DNA of 64,000 nucleotides. Origin: an uncultured Candidatus Saccharibacteria bacterium. Its GTDB lineage: Bacteria > Patescibacteriota > Minisyncoccia > Phycocordibacterales > UBA918. The notes beneath the pieces were generated by a model. It ran no database searches, was not told the origin of the DNA, and saw only the letters and a program-made list of their open reading frames with translations. The stretch is taken from NCBI GenBank assembly GCA_964350645.1, contig CAYGJY010000001.1:326648-390647 (forward strand), written 5' to 3'. Positions 50,445 to 59,003 of this stretch are shown one piece after another. The position numbers were made by a program, and so were the translations under genes. The first letter of the stretch is position 1; each line of letters starts with the position of its first letter.

Positions 50445-52478
50445 CTACTTTTTCTTCTTGGTGAGACTATCCTCAAGCACTTTAATCTCATCACGAATGA
50501 TAGCTGCCGTTTCAAAATCAAGGATTGCCACCGCTTCTTCCATTTGGCGCCGCTTTTCTTTCATGACTTTCTTCGGGTTTTTCTTGAAGAGTTCCATGTC
50601 CACCTTTAGCAAGGTGTCGACTGTTTCATCGTGCACAGTGCGCATTTGATCAGCAATAGATTTAATCTCTTTCTTAATCGACATCGGGGTGATGCCGTGC
50701 TCTTTGTTATAGGCAATTTGTTTATCACGACGTCGCTGTGTCTCACCAACCGCATACTCAAGCGCTGGTGTCATTTCGTCGGCATAGAGTACTACTCGCC
50801 CATTCACGTTTCGAGCCGCTCGACCGATAGTTTGAATGAGGGCTGTTTCGCTGCGCAAAAAGCCAGACTTGTCAGCGTCAAGAATAGCCACCAATTCGAC
50901 TTCGGGTAAGTCGAGACCTTCCCGCAGGAGGTTAACCCCCACCAAACAATCGAACACTCCGCGGCGGAAGTCATTGAGGATTTCGATCCGCTCAATCGTA
51001 TCGACGTCACTGTGGATATACTTGGTCTTCATTCCCTTCTCTTCTAGGAATTCCGCTAAGTCTTCTGCCATACGCTTAGTGAGCGTGGTTGTAAGGACAC
51101 GAGCACCGCCTTTGATAATCTTCTCGGCTTCGGCAATAAAATCTTTGATTTGTCCTGGGTAAGCACCTTTTTCAGTTACTGGGCGCAGATCAATCTCCGG
51201 ATCAACCAAGCCAGTGGGGCGAATGATCTGCTCCACCATCTGACCACCACTTTCTTCGAGCATTGCAAATTCATACTTGCCGGGAGTTGCCGTTGTGTAA
51301 ATTCTTTGACCGAGACGCTCATCTATCTCATCGTATTTGAGTGGGCGGTTGTCAACCGCACTTGGCAGGCGAAAGCCAAACTCCACCAAGTTGTCTTTCC
51401 GAGAACGGTCACCAGCGTACATGCCGTTCATTTGCGGCACCGTGACGTGTGATTCGTCGATAATGGTCAAGAAGTCTGGGGTGCCATCATCTTTGTGTGG
51501 GAAATATGAAAGTAAGGTGTACGGTGCTTCTCCCGGCTTGCGGCGGTCAAAGTGGCGTGAATAGTTCTCAATCCCGTTACAATAACCAACCTCCCGCATC
51601 AATGCGAGGTCATGTTGCGTCCGGCGCTTAATGCGTTCTGCTTCAAGTAACTTCCCTTCTTTTTTAAATTTTACTAATTGCTCTTTGAGTTCAACCTCAA
51701 TATCAGCAATGGCTAACTTTCGCTCCGCTTCTGGCGTCACAAAGTGCTTGGCTGGGAACAAGAAAAATACGTCTGGTTCAGAGATAATCTCGCGCGTCAC
51801 TTCGTCGATTTTTGTAATCCGACTAATCTCATTGCCGGTAAAACTCAGACGATAGATCACTCGTTCGTTGGTCGGCATGAGTTCAATCATATTACCGACG
51901 GCGCGGAAGCTCGCTGGTGTCAGGTCAGCGGTGGTTCGTTCGAATTGCATATCAATCAACGTCCGCAGCATCTCTGTTCGAGTTGACTCATAGCCAATCC
52001 CGATCTTCATCAGCTTAGCTTCATACTGCTCAGGTGAACCAAGACCATAAATGCACGACACCGACGCCACGATGATAACGTCCTCGCGAGTCAGTAGCGC
52101 CTGGGTTGAGGCGTGACGCAGTCGATCAATCTCTTCGTTTATCTGGGCCTCTTTTTCGATGTACGTATCAGACGTCGACATATAGGCCTCTGGCTGGTAG
52201 TAGTCGTAGTAGGAGACGAAGTAATGCACGGCATTGTTCGGGAAAAAGTCCCGGTACTCTTGCGCGAGCTGCGCGGCCAAAGTCTTATTATGAGCAATCA
52301 CCAACGTCGGCTTCTGGATCTGCTGAATCACGTTGGCGGCCGTAAAGGTCTTCCCTGAGCCGGTCACACCCAAAAGCGTCTGGTGTTTTTGACCAGCCTT
52401 AATTCCCTTCACCAACGCCTCAATCGCCTTCGGCTGATCTCCAGCTGGTGTTTTTTCTGTAGATATCTCAAATTTCAT
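50445..52478 (-). CDS. uvrB: Excinuclease ABC subunit B
   Basis: The helicase motif I LLGVTGSGKTFT, a DExH-type motif II (IIDESH), a C-terminal UvrB/UvrC interaction domain (AAIIRDEIKVLE) and the beta-hairpin region. 677 aa. Confidence 0.95.
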   Translation of the reverse strand: MKFEISTEKTPAGDQPKAIEALVKGIKAGQKHQTLLGVTGSGKTFTAANVIQQIQKPTLVIAHNKTLAAQLAQEYRDFFPNNAVHYFVSYYDYYQPEAYMSTSDTYIEKEAQINEEIDRLRHASTQALLTREDVIIVASVSCIYGLGSPEQYEAKLMKIGIGYESTRTEMLRTLIDMQFERTTADLTPASFRAVGNMIELMPTNERVIYRLSFTGNEISRITKIDEVTREIISEPDVFFLFPAKHFVTPEAERKLAIADIEVELKEQLVKFKKEGKLLEAERIKRRTQHDLALMREVGYCNGIENYSRHFDRRKPGEAPYTLLSYFPHKDDGTPDFLTIIDESHVTVPQMNGMYAGDRSRKDNLVEFGFRLPSAVDNRPLKYDEIDERLGQRIYTTATPGKYEFAMLEESGGQMVEQIIRPTGLVDPEIDLRPVTEKGAYPGQIKDFIAEAEKIIKGGARVLTTTLTKRMAEDLAEFLEEKGMKTKYIHSDVDTIERIEILNDFRRGVFDCLVGVNLLREGLDLPEVELVAILDADKSGFLRSETALIQTIGRAARNVNGRVVLYADEMTPALEYAVGETQRRRDKQIAYNKEHGITPMSIKKEIKSIADQMRTVHDETVDTLLKVDMELFKKNPKKVMKEKRRQMEEAVAILDFETAAIIRDEIKVLEDSLTKKKK

Positions 52479-53016
52479 GAATCAAGTCTGATTGTAACAA
52501 ATATTCCCAGTCTTTATCCCAATATCCAGTGGTGTAATTTTTAATGTTAGCCTGAAATTCAAAACTTTTATCTAAAAATTTCCATAATTCATCCTCCACA
52601 AAAGTTGACAACATGTTTACTATTTCATTTACACTTTTATTATCGATGTGAATTTCTGAATTCCTTAGAGTAGTATTATGGATAAAACCTTTGCTTATCA
52701 ACTTATCCAACTCTTTACCAAAATATATTTTTTGAATTGTCTTAAATTGCTCTAATATTTGAACTTTTTGTGTTTTATCAATTTTATTAGCTTCAAATAG
52801 TAGATTAATTGCTTCACTAATACATACATCGTCGTTGTATTTCTTATCTGAGATTACATTCCTTAAAGATACTAAAATAGCAAGATTTAAGTTCTCAACT
52901 AGTAAATGAGCAACTCCTTCAAGTCTCTTATTATCAAAATATGACTTAAATCCAATCATCCGGCATAAGTGCTGAAGCTCGCCAATAGAATTATCTAAAT
53001 ATTTTTCTAATTGCAT
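52468..53016 (-). CDS. Hypothetical protein in AT-rich insert (possible HEPN-like Rx4H motif)
   Basis: A 182-aa ORF whose DNA is conspicuously AT-rich by eye, very roughly 30% GC against roughly 45-50% in the flanks (not computed). It contains TLRNSEIHID, which fits an R-[ND]-x3-H HEPN-type motif. Its stop overlaps the uvrB start by 11 nt. Confidence 0.4.
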   Translation of the reverse strand: MQLEKYLDNSIGELQHLCRMIGFKSYFDNKRLEGVAHLLVENLNLAILVSLRNVISDKKYNDDVCISEAINLLFEANKIDKTQKVQILEQFKTIQKIYFGKELDKLISKGFIHNTTLRNSEIHIDNKSVNEIVNMLSTFVEDELWKFLDKSFEFQANIKNYTTGYWDKDWEYLLQSDLIHEI

Positions 53017-53019
53017 GGA

Positions 53020-54222
53020 TTAACTACTTAGGATTTGTTCTCGTAGTTTCTTCGTGAAATTAACAATGTAGTACAGATTATGAAGACTCGCGAGTTGTGG
53101 GCCGAGCATTTCTTGGGAACGGAATAGGTGCGCTAAATACGCTTTGGTGTAGTTCTGACAAACGTAGCAGTCGCAGGATTCGTCAGGCTTGCTGAAGTCG
53201 CGGATATATTTTTGGTTTAAAAGATTAGTCCGCTGATGTCCGGCGTTAGTTGTCTCATAAATCGTCCCGGTGCGACCAATCCGGGTCGGAGCGACACAGT
53301 CAAAGGTATCGCAACCAAGCGCTACGCCTTCGCGAATATCACCGGGCTCACCGATGCCGAGTAAGTGTCGTGGTTTGTCCTCGGGGAGAATTTCGTTCAC
53401 CACTCGAATCGCTTCACCTAAGTCCTCTTTACTAAAACTCCCCCCAATGCCAAAACCATCAAAGTCCATGTCGGACAACACCCGGGCACTCTCAGCCCGC
53501 AAGTCGAGATGCCGACCCCCTTGCACCACGCCGTATAGCCCCTGCTTCTTGAGAGCGTCGTAGTTGCGCTTATGCGCCAAAATACTGCGCTTCGCCCAGC
53601 GGTGGGTACGATCCATGGCCTCTTTTTGGTATTCATAATCAGCCGTTGGACTGGTGCATTCATCAAAGGCAATGATGATATCAGCACCGATATTGTGCTG
53701 AATATCAATGGAGCGTTCTGCCGTGAAGCGGTGCATTGAGCCATCGAGGTGTGAAGTAAAGGTCACTCCTTCTTCATCAATAATACAGAGTTTTCCGTGT
53801 TCACTGGCGATGTCTTTGTTGTAGACATTGAGACTCGAGCGTTCAGTCGTCTCACTCGCCTCCCCTTTTGCAAACTTACTTACCCCTTTACCAAACGCCG
53901 CCCCCAGACTAAAGACTTGAAAGCCACCACTATCGGTCATGGTTGGCATATTCCAGTTAGCGAATTTATGCAGTCCACCGGCGTCTTTCACGACATCATC
54001 GCCCGGCTGGAGAAAAAGATGGTAGGTATTGGCGAGCGCCACTTGGTTGCCGACATACTGCTTCATGTCTTCGGGTGAGACGCCTTTCACTGTTCCCTTA
54101 GTGCCAACCACAACAAACGCCGGTGTTTCGATATCGCCATGAGGCGTATGAATAACACCAGCCCGGCCGAGAGTGCCGGGCTGCTTTTTAATCACCTCAA
54201 ATGTGACTGGTCGATCTGCCAT
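53020..54222 (-). CDS. tgt: Queuine/preQ1 tRNA-ribosyltransferase
   Basis: The N-terminus FEVIKKQPGTLGRAGVIHTPHGDIETPAFVVVGTKGTVKGV, a catalytic Asp region, and the zinc site CDCYVCQNYTKAYLAHL (CxCxxC...H). 400 aa. Confidence 0.9.
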   Translation of the reverse strand: MADRPVTFEVIKKQPGTLGRAGVIHTPHGDIETPAFVVVGTKGTVKGVSPEDMKQYVGNQVALANTYHLFLQPGDDVVKDAGGLHKFANWNMPTMTDSGGFQVFSLGAAFGKGVSKFAKGEASETTERSSLNVYNKDIASEHGKLCIIDEEGVTFTSHLDGSMHRFTAERSIDIQHNIGADIIIAFDECTSPTADYEYQKEAMDRTHRWAKRSILAHKRNYDALKKQGLYGVVQGGRHLDLRAESARVLSDMDFDGFGIGGSFSKEDLGEAIRVVNEILPEDKPRHLLGIGEPGDIREGVALGCDTFDCVAPTRIGRTGTIYETTNAGHQRTNLLNQKYIRDFSKPDESCDCYVCQNYTKAYLAHLFRSQEMLGPQLASLHNLYYIVNFTKKLREQILSS

Positions 54223-54761
54223 TAGTTGATCTCAAGTAATTCAATGGCAAACACTAGCGTGGCGTTCGGTGGAATTGGTCCTGCACCTGCTTTGCCATAC
54301 GCCTTAGTTGGTGGGATCACTAAGATTCGTTGACCACCAACTTTCATCCCCAGCACACCTTCATCCCAACCTTCGATTACTCGGCCTTCACCAAGAGTAA
54401 ACGTAAACGGAGCACCTTTTAAGTATGAGTTATCAAACTGCTGTCCATTTTGCAGTGTACCAATATAGTGCACTGTGACGGTGTCACCAAGTTGTACCAG
54501 AGCACCTTCACCAGCAGTGACGTCATCAATAATTAAACGCTCCAGATCTCCCGATGAGTCAGAGGCGTCGACGACGGCGTCAGCGACTGCAGCTCGACGA
54601 TTATCATCATCAGCAATGTACACGGCCGCTGTTTGTTCTTCTGTTTCTAGTGCACTGAGTGGGTCACTAGTAGTTTCTTGTTGAATAAACCATAAAGCAA
54701 GCACCATAATACCAATACTCCCTGCAATTCCGACTACTTCAAATTTATTTACCATATACAA
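54222..54761 (-). CDS. FKBP-type peptidyl-prolyl cis-trans isomerase (membrane-anchored)
   Basis: An N-terminal transmembrane helix and a C-terminal FKBP domain (VTVHYIGTLQNGQQFDNSY...FTLGEGRVIEGWDEGVLGMKVGGQRILVIPPTKAYG). Its ATG start codon overlaps the tgt stop codon by 1 nt (shared position 54222). Confidence 0.8.
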   Translation of the reverse strand: MYMVNKFEVVGIAGSIGIMVLALWFIQQETTSDPLSALETEEQTAAVYIADDDNRRAAVADAVVDASDSSGDLERLIIDDVTAGEGALVQLGDTVTVHYIGTLQNGQQFDNSYLKGAPFTFTLGEGRVIEGWDEGVLGMKVGGQRILVIPPTKAYGKAGAGPIPPNATLVFAIELLEIN

Positions 54762-54810
54762 AATTTAGTCTCGACATACTAGTCTAAATATGGTCAAACT
54801 GCAAGTGACC

Positions 54811-55863
54811 CTAAAATATAATCACCCCAGACATAATTGCTGATTGTAAGTCAGTGGTACTTCTTGCAGCCAACTCACGTAAGAAATTTTGTCGTTCTAA
54901 ACCATCCAGCAAATAGGGCGACACTCGCCTCCCCAAACTTGATACGGGCATAAGGGTGAGCGCTGAGCTTGTACCAAATGAAGCGGAGACAAGTAATCCA
55001 GTTTGTACCTCATCACTAAAATACTGATCAAATACAAAATTACCTAGTGAATAAACAATTGGCACGCCTTGGTATATATCTATATCTTGTACAACATGTG
55101 GATGATGTCCGATTATTAGATCAGCGCCGGCATCAATGAGATCCTCAGCAAATAACTGCTGGGAACGCGAATGAGTGAGCTGATACTCACTTCCCCAGTG
55201 CACATAAACAATTTGTTTTATAGTTGTAGTGGCAAACTGCGAAAGCGTAGCGATGGCTTGTGTTCGATTTGACTCTTCATAGATGTCATTGAAACTAAGT
55301 AATGCTACCTCGCCGATAGTGGTGTTGATACTAGTGACCGACTCTTCTGCTGTCGCCTGATTGGGATGACCAAATGTCACTAACCCTTCATTTCTGAGCG
55401 CAGTTCGAGTATGCTCGAAGTCATCTACACCATAATCGAACGTATGATTGTTAGCCAATGAAAGATGCGTAAAACCTGCGAGTTGTAAGCCAGTTAAATA
55501 GTCACTAGCAACTGAAAATTGAAAAGTGAGATCAGGTGTTTGGGCGTGCACTGTTGGCACAGCTGCTTCAAAATTTCCGATAACATACTCATGTTCCCAA
55601 AGAGTATCTTCAATCAGACGAAATGGATAGTCACTGCCATACTTACGAAGATAATCTTCAACATCACGTGCCAACATAACATCACCAACAAATAAGAGTG
55701 ACGAAGAAACCGGCATTCTAGCCAACTCTTTCTCAGCAGAAATAACTTGTGCCACACTTCCGTAAGAGGAATTAAAATATGACCCAATCTCAAACGTTGC
55801 ATTGGTAAACCAAATAGCCGAACAAAGAATCAGAATGAGGACTGAGAAAAAAGCGTGCTTCAT
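54811..55863 (-). CDS. CapA/PgsA-family metallophosphoesterase-like protein
   Basis: A signal/transmembrane anchor, then LLFVGDVMLARDVEDY and the metal-binding GADLIIGHHPHVVQ, typical of the CapA (PGA_cap) family. 350 aa. Confidence 0.65.
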   Translation of the reverse strand: MKHAFFSVLILILCSAIWFTNATFEIGSYFNSSYGSVAQVISAEKELARMPVSSSLLFVGDVMLARDVEDYLRKYGSDYPFRLIEDTLWEHEYVIGNFEAAVPTVHAQTPDLTFQFSVASDYLTGLQLAGFTHLSLANNHTFDYGVDDFEHTRTALRNEGLVTFGHPNQATAEESVTSINTTIGEVALLSFNDIYEESNRTQAIATLSQFATTTIKQIVYVHWGSEYQLTHSRSQQLFAEDLIDAGADLIIGHHPHVVQDIDIYQGVPIVYSLGNFVFDQYFSDEVQTGLLVSASFGTSSALTLMPVSSLGRRVSPYLLDGLERQNFLRELAARSTTDLQSAIMSGVIIF

Positions 55864-55873
55864 AGCCTATGTC

Positions 55874-56281
55874 TTACCACTCAGAGTGGAAAATACCAAC
55901 CTTCAAAAACCACATCATTCCCATCAAAAAAATAACTGCCAACAAAATCGTGATAATAACAATTGAAATTATTTGACCACGGTAGGCTCGTGCTAACGAA
56001 TCTTCATGTTCCTTTGATATATCACTAAGGTTTATTTCAATGCCAAGGAGAGAATGTAAGGTATCCGGACTAATTGGATTATTGGTATTGAACACATTAT
56101 GAAAAGAGTCAATGTGTTGGTGTTTTTTTTGCGGATCTTCACGAAGAACCACCAGAGCTGTTTCGACATCATTTTCATGCCAACGGGCACTGATTAAGAG
56201 TGACTTAATTTCCTCATCTGGGGCATCTGGTCGTAACCCATTGAGGTGCAGGAATTTTTCAATATGCTTGCGATCAATCAT
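55874..56281 (-). CDS. Hypothetical protein with C-terminal transmembrane helix
   Basis: A 135-aa protein that overlaps the start of the upstream AI-2E transporter gene by 8 nt. Confidence 0.35.
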   Translation of the reverse strand: MIDRKHIEKFLHLNGLRPDAPDEEIKSLLISARWHENDVETALVVLREDPQKKHQHIDSFHNVFNTNNPISPDTLHSLLGIEINLSDISKEHEDSLARAYRGQIISIVIITILLAVIFLMGMMWFLKVGIFHSEW

Positions 56282-57323
56282 GATGCGATGTGGTTGCGTC
56301 AGAAGCGATTGAGATGTGTTGGGAGTATAATTCCAACAACACCATAAACAGCGTCACAATTACTGGTCCAACAATAAACCCAATCGGTCCGAACAATGAA
56401 ATTCCACCCAGTACCGACAACAGAATCAAAAACGGATGCATAGCGTTACCACGGCTCATTAAGTACGGACCGAGTAAATTATCAATGAGTCCAACCGCTA
56501 ATATACCCCAAATTGCTAAGCCCATTGCACTCAAGTATGACCCAGTCACAACCAAGTACAGCACAGTTGGTACAAATACAATTGACGTCCCGACACTCGG
56601 AATCAAAGCACCAAACGAGGCTATGACCCCACCAAAAACAGCTCGCTCAAAGCCAAACAGCCACAAACCAAGAGCAGTCAGAGTCCCCTGAATGATCGCA
56701 ACCAAGAGTGTCCCTGTCAGTACAGCTCGAAGTGACTGTGCCATACGGCGAAGGATTTTGTCATCTTGGTCATCTGGAAGCGGACTTATAGCCACTAACT
56801 TTTTTGTAAACTCTCGGCCATCACGGAAGAAATAAAAGGAACCAATCATGGCGATAAAGAACAAGAAAATTGTCGAAGCAGTACCGGCAAAAATCGCTCC
56901 TAAGTTACCCGCTAAAAAACTAGCTGCCTGTGTAAGATATTCGGTGATGTTAAGTTCAAAACCAGGGAGATAGGTGTTGACTGCTGTTTCAAACGAGCGT
57001 AAGCCAGCTTCAAAGCCTATCTGCTCTTCACCGGCCGCTCTGTAGACAGATACTGCTTCATTGACTAAAGCTGAAGTAATAAGCAAGAGTGGGATGATAA
57101 CAATCATAAATACGATGACTGTTGTTAGTAGAGCAGCAAGCGTTTCATTATGACGTGGAACGCGCTTTTTGATTCGTTCGTAAAGTGGAAATGAGATCGT
57201 AACGATAATAGCAGCGAGTGCAAGCGCTGAGACAAATGGCTGGAGCATTTCCCATACCAAATATGCCACGACACCCATCAAACCGAAAAAGAAAACGTAT
57301 TCAACTATGCGGTTCATTACCAT
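56274..57323 (-). CDS. AI-2E family transporter (UPF0118/PerM/TqsA-like)
   Basis: A 349-aa protein with about 8 transmembrane helices and an N-terminus (VFFFGLMGVVAYLVWEMLQPFVSALALAAIIVTISFPLYERIKKRVP) characteristic of the AI-2E family. Confidence 0.75.
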   Translation of the reverse strand: MVMNRIVEYVFFFGLMGVVAYLVWEMLQPFVSALALAAIIVTISFPLYERIKKRVPRHNETLAALLTTVIVFMIVIIPLLLITSALVNEAVSVYRAAGEEQIGFEAGLRSFETAVNTYLPGFELNITEYLTQAASFLAGNLGAIFAGTASTIFLFFIAMIGSFYFFRDGREFTKKLVAISPLPDDQDDKILRRMAQSLRAVLTGTLLVAIIQGTLTALGLWLFGFERAVFGGVIASFGALIPSVGTSIVFVPTVLYLVVTGSYLSAMGLAIWGILAVGLIDNLLGPYLMSRGNAMHPFLILLSVLGGISLFGPIGFIVGPVIVTLFMVLLELYSQHISIASDATTSHHD

Positions 57324-57416
57324 GTGGTTATTGTAGCAAACTAGTGGTGCGGAGTGTTAGTTAATTGCAGAACAACACAAGAGCCGGACGGAAATGTCCG
57401 ACTCGTCGTGTTACCT

Positions 57417-57572
57417 TCAGTCAATTGACTCGAATTGTCTTTGTGACTGAACGGCGGCTGCCTCGAAGGCGCCGAAGGTTTGTACAATTGCGTTCTCGAA
57501 CGCTACAAACGCATTCCCTAACAGATGCGAAATCGCGTACAACACAATGACAAAGCCAATTGCTCTGAACAT
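57417..57572 (-). CDS. Candidate micro-ORF (51 aa) encoding a single-transmembrane-helix peptide in a long intergenic gap
   Basis: My own translation of the minus strand gives ATG...TGA: MFRAIGFVIVLYAISHLLGNAFVAFENAIVQTFGAFEAAAVQSQRQFESID, with a hydrophobic N-terminal helix. It falls below the ORF-track length cutoff. There is no strong RBS, and the alternative is a non-coding RNA or UTR. Confidence 0.25.
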   Translation of the reverse strand: MFRAIGFVIVLYAISHLLGNAFVAFENAIVQTFGAFEAAAVQSQRQFESID

Positions 57573-57689
57573 AACACGTTTTGTTGCAAACCCGCTTCCA
57601 GAGCCACGCTCTGGCTACTAAGCGTCGAGTTTGTAGTTCTGCAATGAACTACTCTATCTTAATTAAACTAGATAAATTAAATTTGTCAA

Positions 57690-58442
57690 TTATAGGTATC
57701 CAAAAATTACATCAATCCCAAGCCAATAGAAGAGCTGGTTGCCATACTCGACTGTTAAACCAAAGTTATCCGAAAGTAATAACAAACCGACTCCAATCAG
57801 GAATACACCACCAATTAGTGAAACCGACTTACTTAAAAATGTATATTTTTCTATGTATTTGGAAGCTCTTTCATACAATAGAGCGGTCAACAAAAATGGT
57901 ATCGCTAAGCCAGCTGAAAAGACGCTAAGTAAGAGGACTCCCTCCAAGACTGTCGTACTGGTCGACGCAAGTAGCAGGATTGAAGCCAAAATGGGTCCAA
58001 TGCAAGGTGTCCAACCAATTGCAAAAATTGCACCAATCAAAAACGCACTTTGTGGTCTACCAGGTTTCAAGCTTTTAGGTACAGCAAGCTTGTTGTCTTT
58101 AGCGAGTGGTGAAAACGAAAAAACATTAAGCATGAACAGACCGAATAAAATAATACACACACCACCAACTTGAGTTAGTGGTCCACGCCAGGGACCAATA
58201 AAACTACCGAACAGTCCAGCTACAACACCGAAAAATATAAATACGAGTGAAAAGCCAATCACAAAAGCTAGGCTATTTTTTCGAATTTGTTTCTGCGCTA
58301 CGGATCGATCTTTTTTTATATCAACTGCAGAAACCCCACTGATAAAAGCCAAATATGCCGGCACCAATGGCAGCGTACAGGGAGCTACAAACATGAGTAG
58401 GCCGGCAAAAAATGCTGGAATAATCAGTGTAATAATGTCCAT
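57690..58442 (-). CDS. ccdA: Cytochrome c-type biogenesis protein CcdA / DsbD-family transmembrane electron transporter
   Basis: The N-terminus FFAGLLMFVAPCTLPLVPAYLAFISG (compare the CcdA pattern FLAGLLSFLSPCVLPLLPxYL), a second conserved Cys in a later helix (GWTPCIGPILASIL), and six transmembrane helices. Confidence 0.75.
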   Translation of the reverse strand: MDIITLIIPAFFAGLLMFVAPCTLPLVPAYLAFISGVSAVDIKKDRSVAQKQIRKNSLAFVIGFSLVFIFFGVVAGLFGSFIGPWRGPLTQVGGVCIILFGLFMLNVFSFSPLAKDNKLAVPKSLKPGRPQSAFLIGAIFAIGWTPCIGPILASILLLASTSTTVLEGVLLLSVFSAGLAIPFLLTALLYERASKYIEKYTFLSKSVSLIGGVFLIGVGLLLLSDNFGLTVEYGNQLFYWLGIDVIFGYL

Positions 58443-58448
58443 AATAAT

Positions 58449-59000
58449 TTATTCCGTCTGACTCAGAGCAGCTTCAGTGTGTTTTTGCATTTCCGCAAGC
58501 TTCATAGAGCCACGCTTATGAAAGACGACATTCCCTTCCCGATCATAAAAAATTGTCTCTGGCATAGCAAAACCTGCAATTGATTCATAAAAGAAATCAG
58601 TTTGGTCTTGGACGAAGATAAGGTTGTCTTGATTAGAAATTTTTGAAACAAACTGTTTTGCCAGTGCATTCGGCTCCGCACGATTAATTGCGATGACAAC
58701 TACGTCTTCTTTTGGATACTCACCTGCCAATACCGCAAAGTCTTTGAGCTCAGTGGCACAAAATGGACACCACGTCGCCCACGAATTTACCACTCGTACC
58801 CGACCATTGTATTCTTTCAAAGAAACCGGATTCCCGTCGAGATCAGTATAAACCGAAGTTTGATCAGTCGCACTCAGTGAACGTGCTGCGTCAGAAGTGA
58901 CATCTTCATTTGAACTGACAACAAAAAATACATATCCTGCCGCTACTAACAAAATAGATGCGATTGTGGCTATAGTAATAATAATTGAACGATCTTTCAT
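58449..59000 (-). CDS. TlpA/ResA-like thiol-disulfide oxidoreductase (membrane-anchored thioredoxin fold, WCPFC)
   Basis: An N-terminal transmembrane anchor and VVNSWATWCPFCATELKDF. 183 aa. Confidence 0.75.
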   Translation of the reverse strand: MKDRSIIITIATIASILLVAAGYVFFVVSSNEDVTSDAARSLSATDQTSVYTDLDGNPVSLKEYNGRVRVVNSWATWCPFCATELKDFAVLAGEYPKEDVVVIAINRAEPNALAKQFVSKISNQDNLIFVQDQTDFFYESIAGFAMPETIFYDREGNVVFHKRGSMKLAEMQKHTEAALSQTE

Positions 59001-59003
59001 ACG

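Noticed and set aside
57365-57550. Plus-strand 61-aa ORF in the long intergenic gap
   Set aside because: The product is Arg-rich and repetitive (RRLPRRRRRFVQLRSRTLQ), with no hydrophobic core, which suggests chance. The opposite-strand micro-ORF is more protein-like, though also unproven.
57324-57689. tmRNA, SRP RNA or RNase P RNA in the 366-nt gap
   Set aside because: I looked for a tRNA-like acceptor/T-arm pair, a tag-peptide frame ending in ALAA-stop, and the SRP domain IV GGAA tetraloop motif. None matched convincingly, with only a partial CCGGACGGAAAUGUCCG hairpin. Without covariance tools I cannot call an RNA gene.
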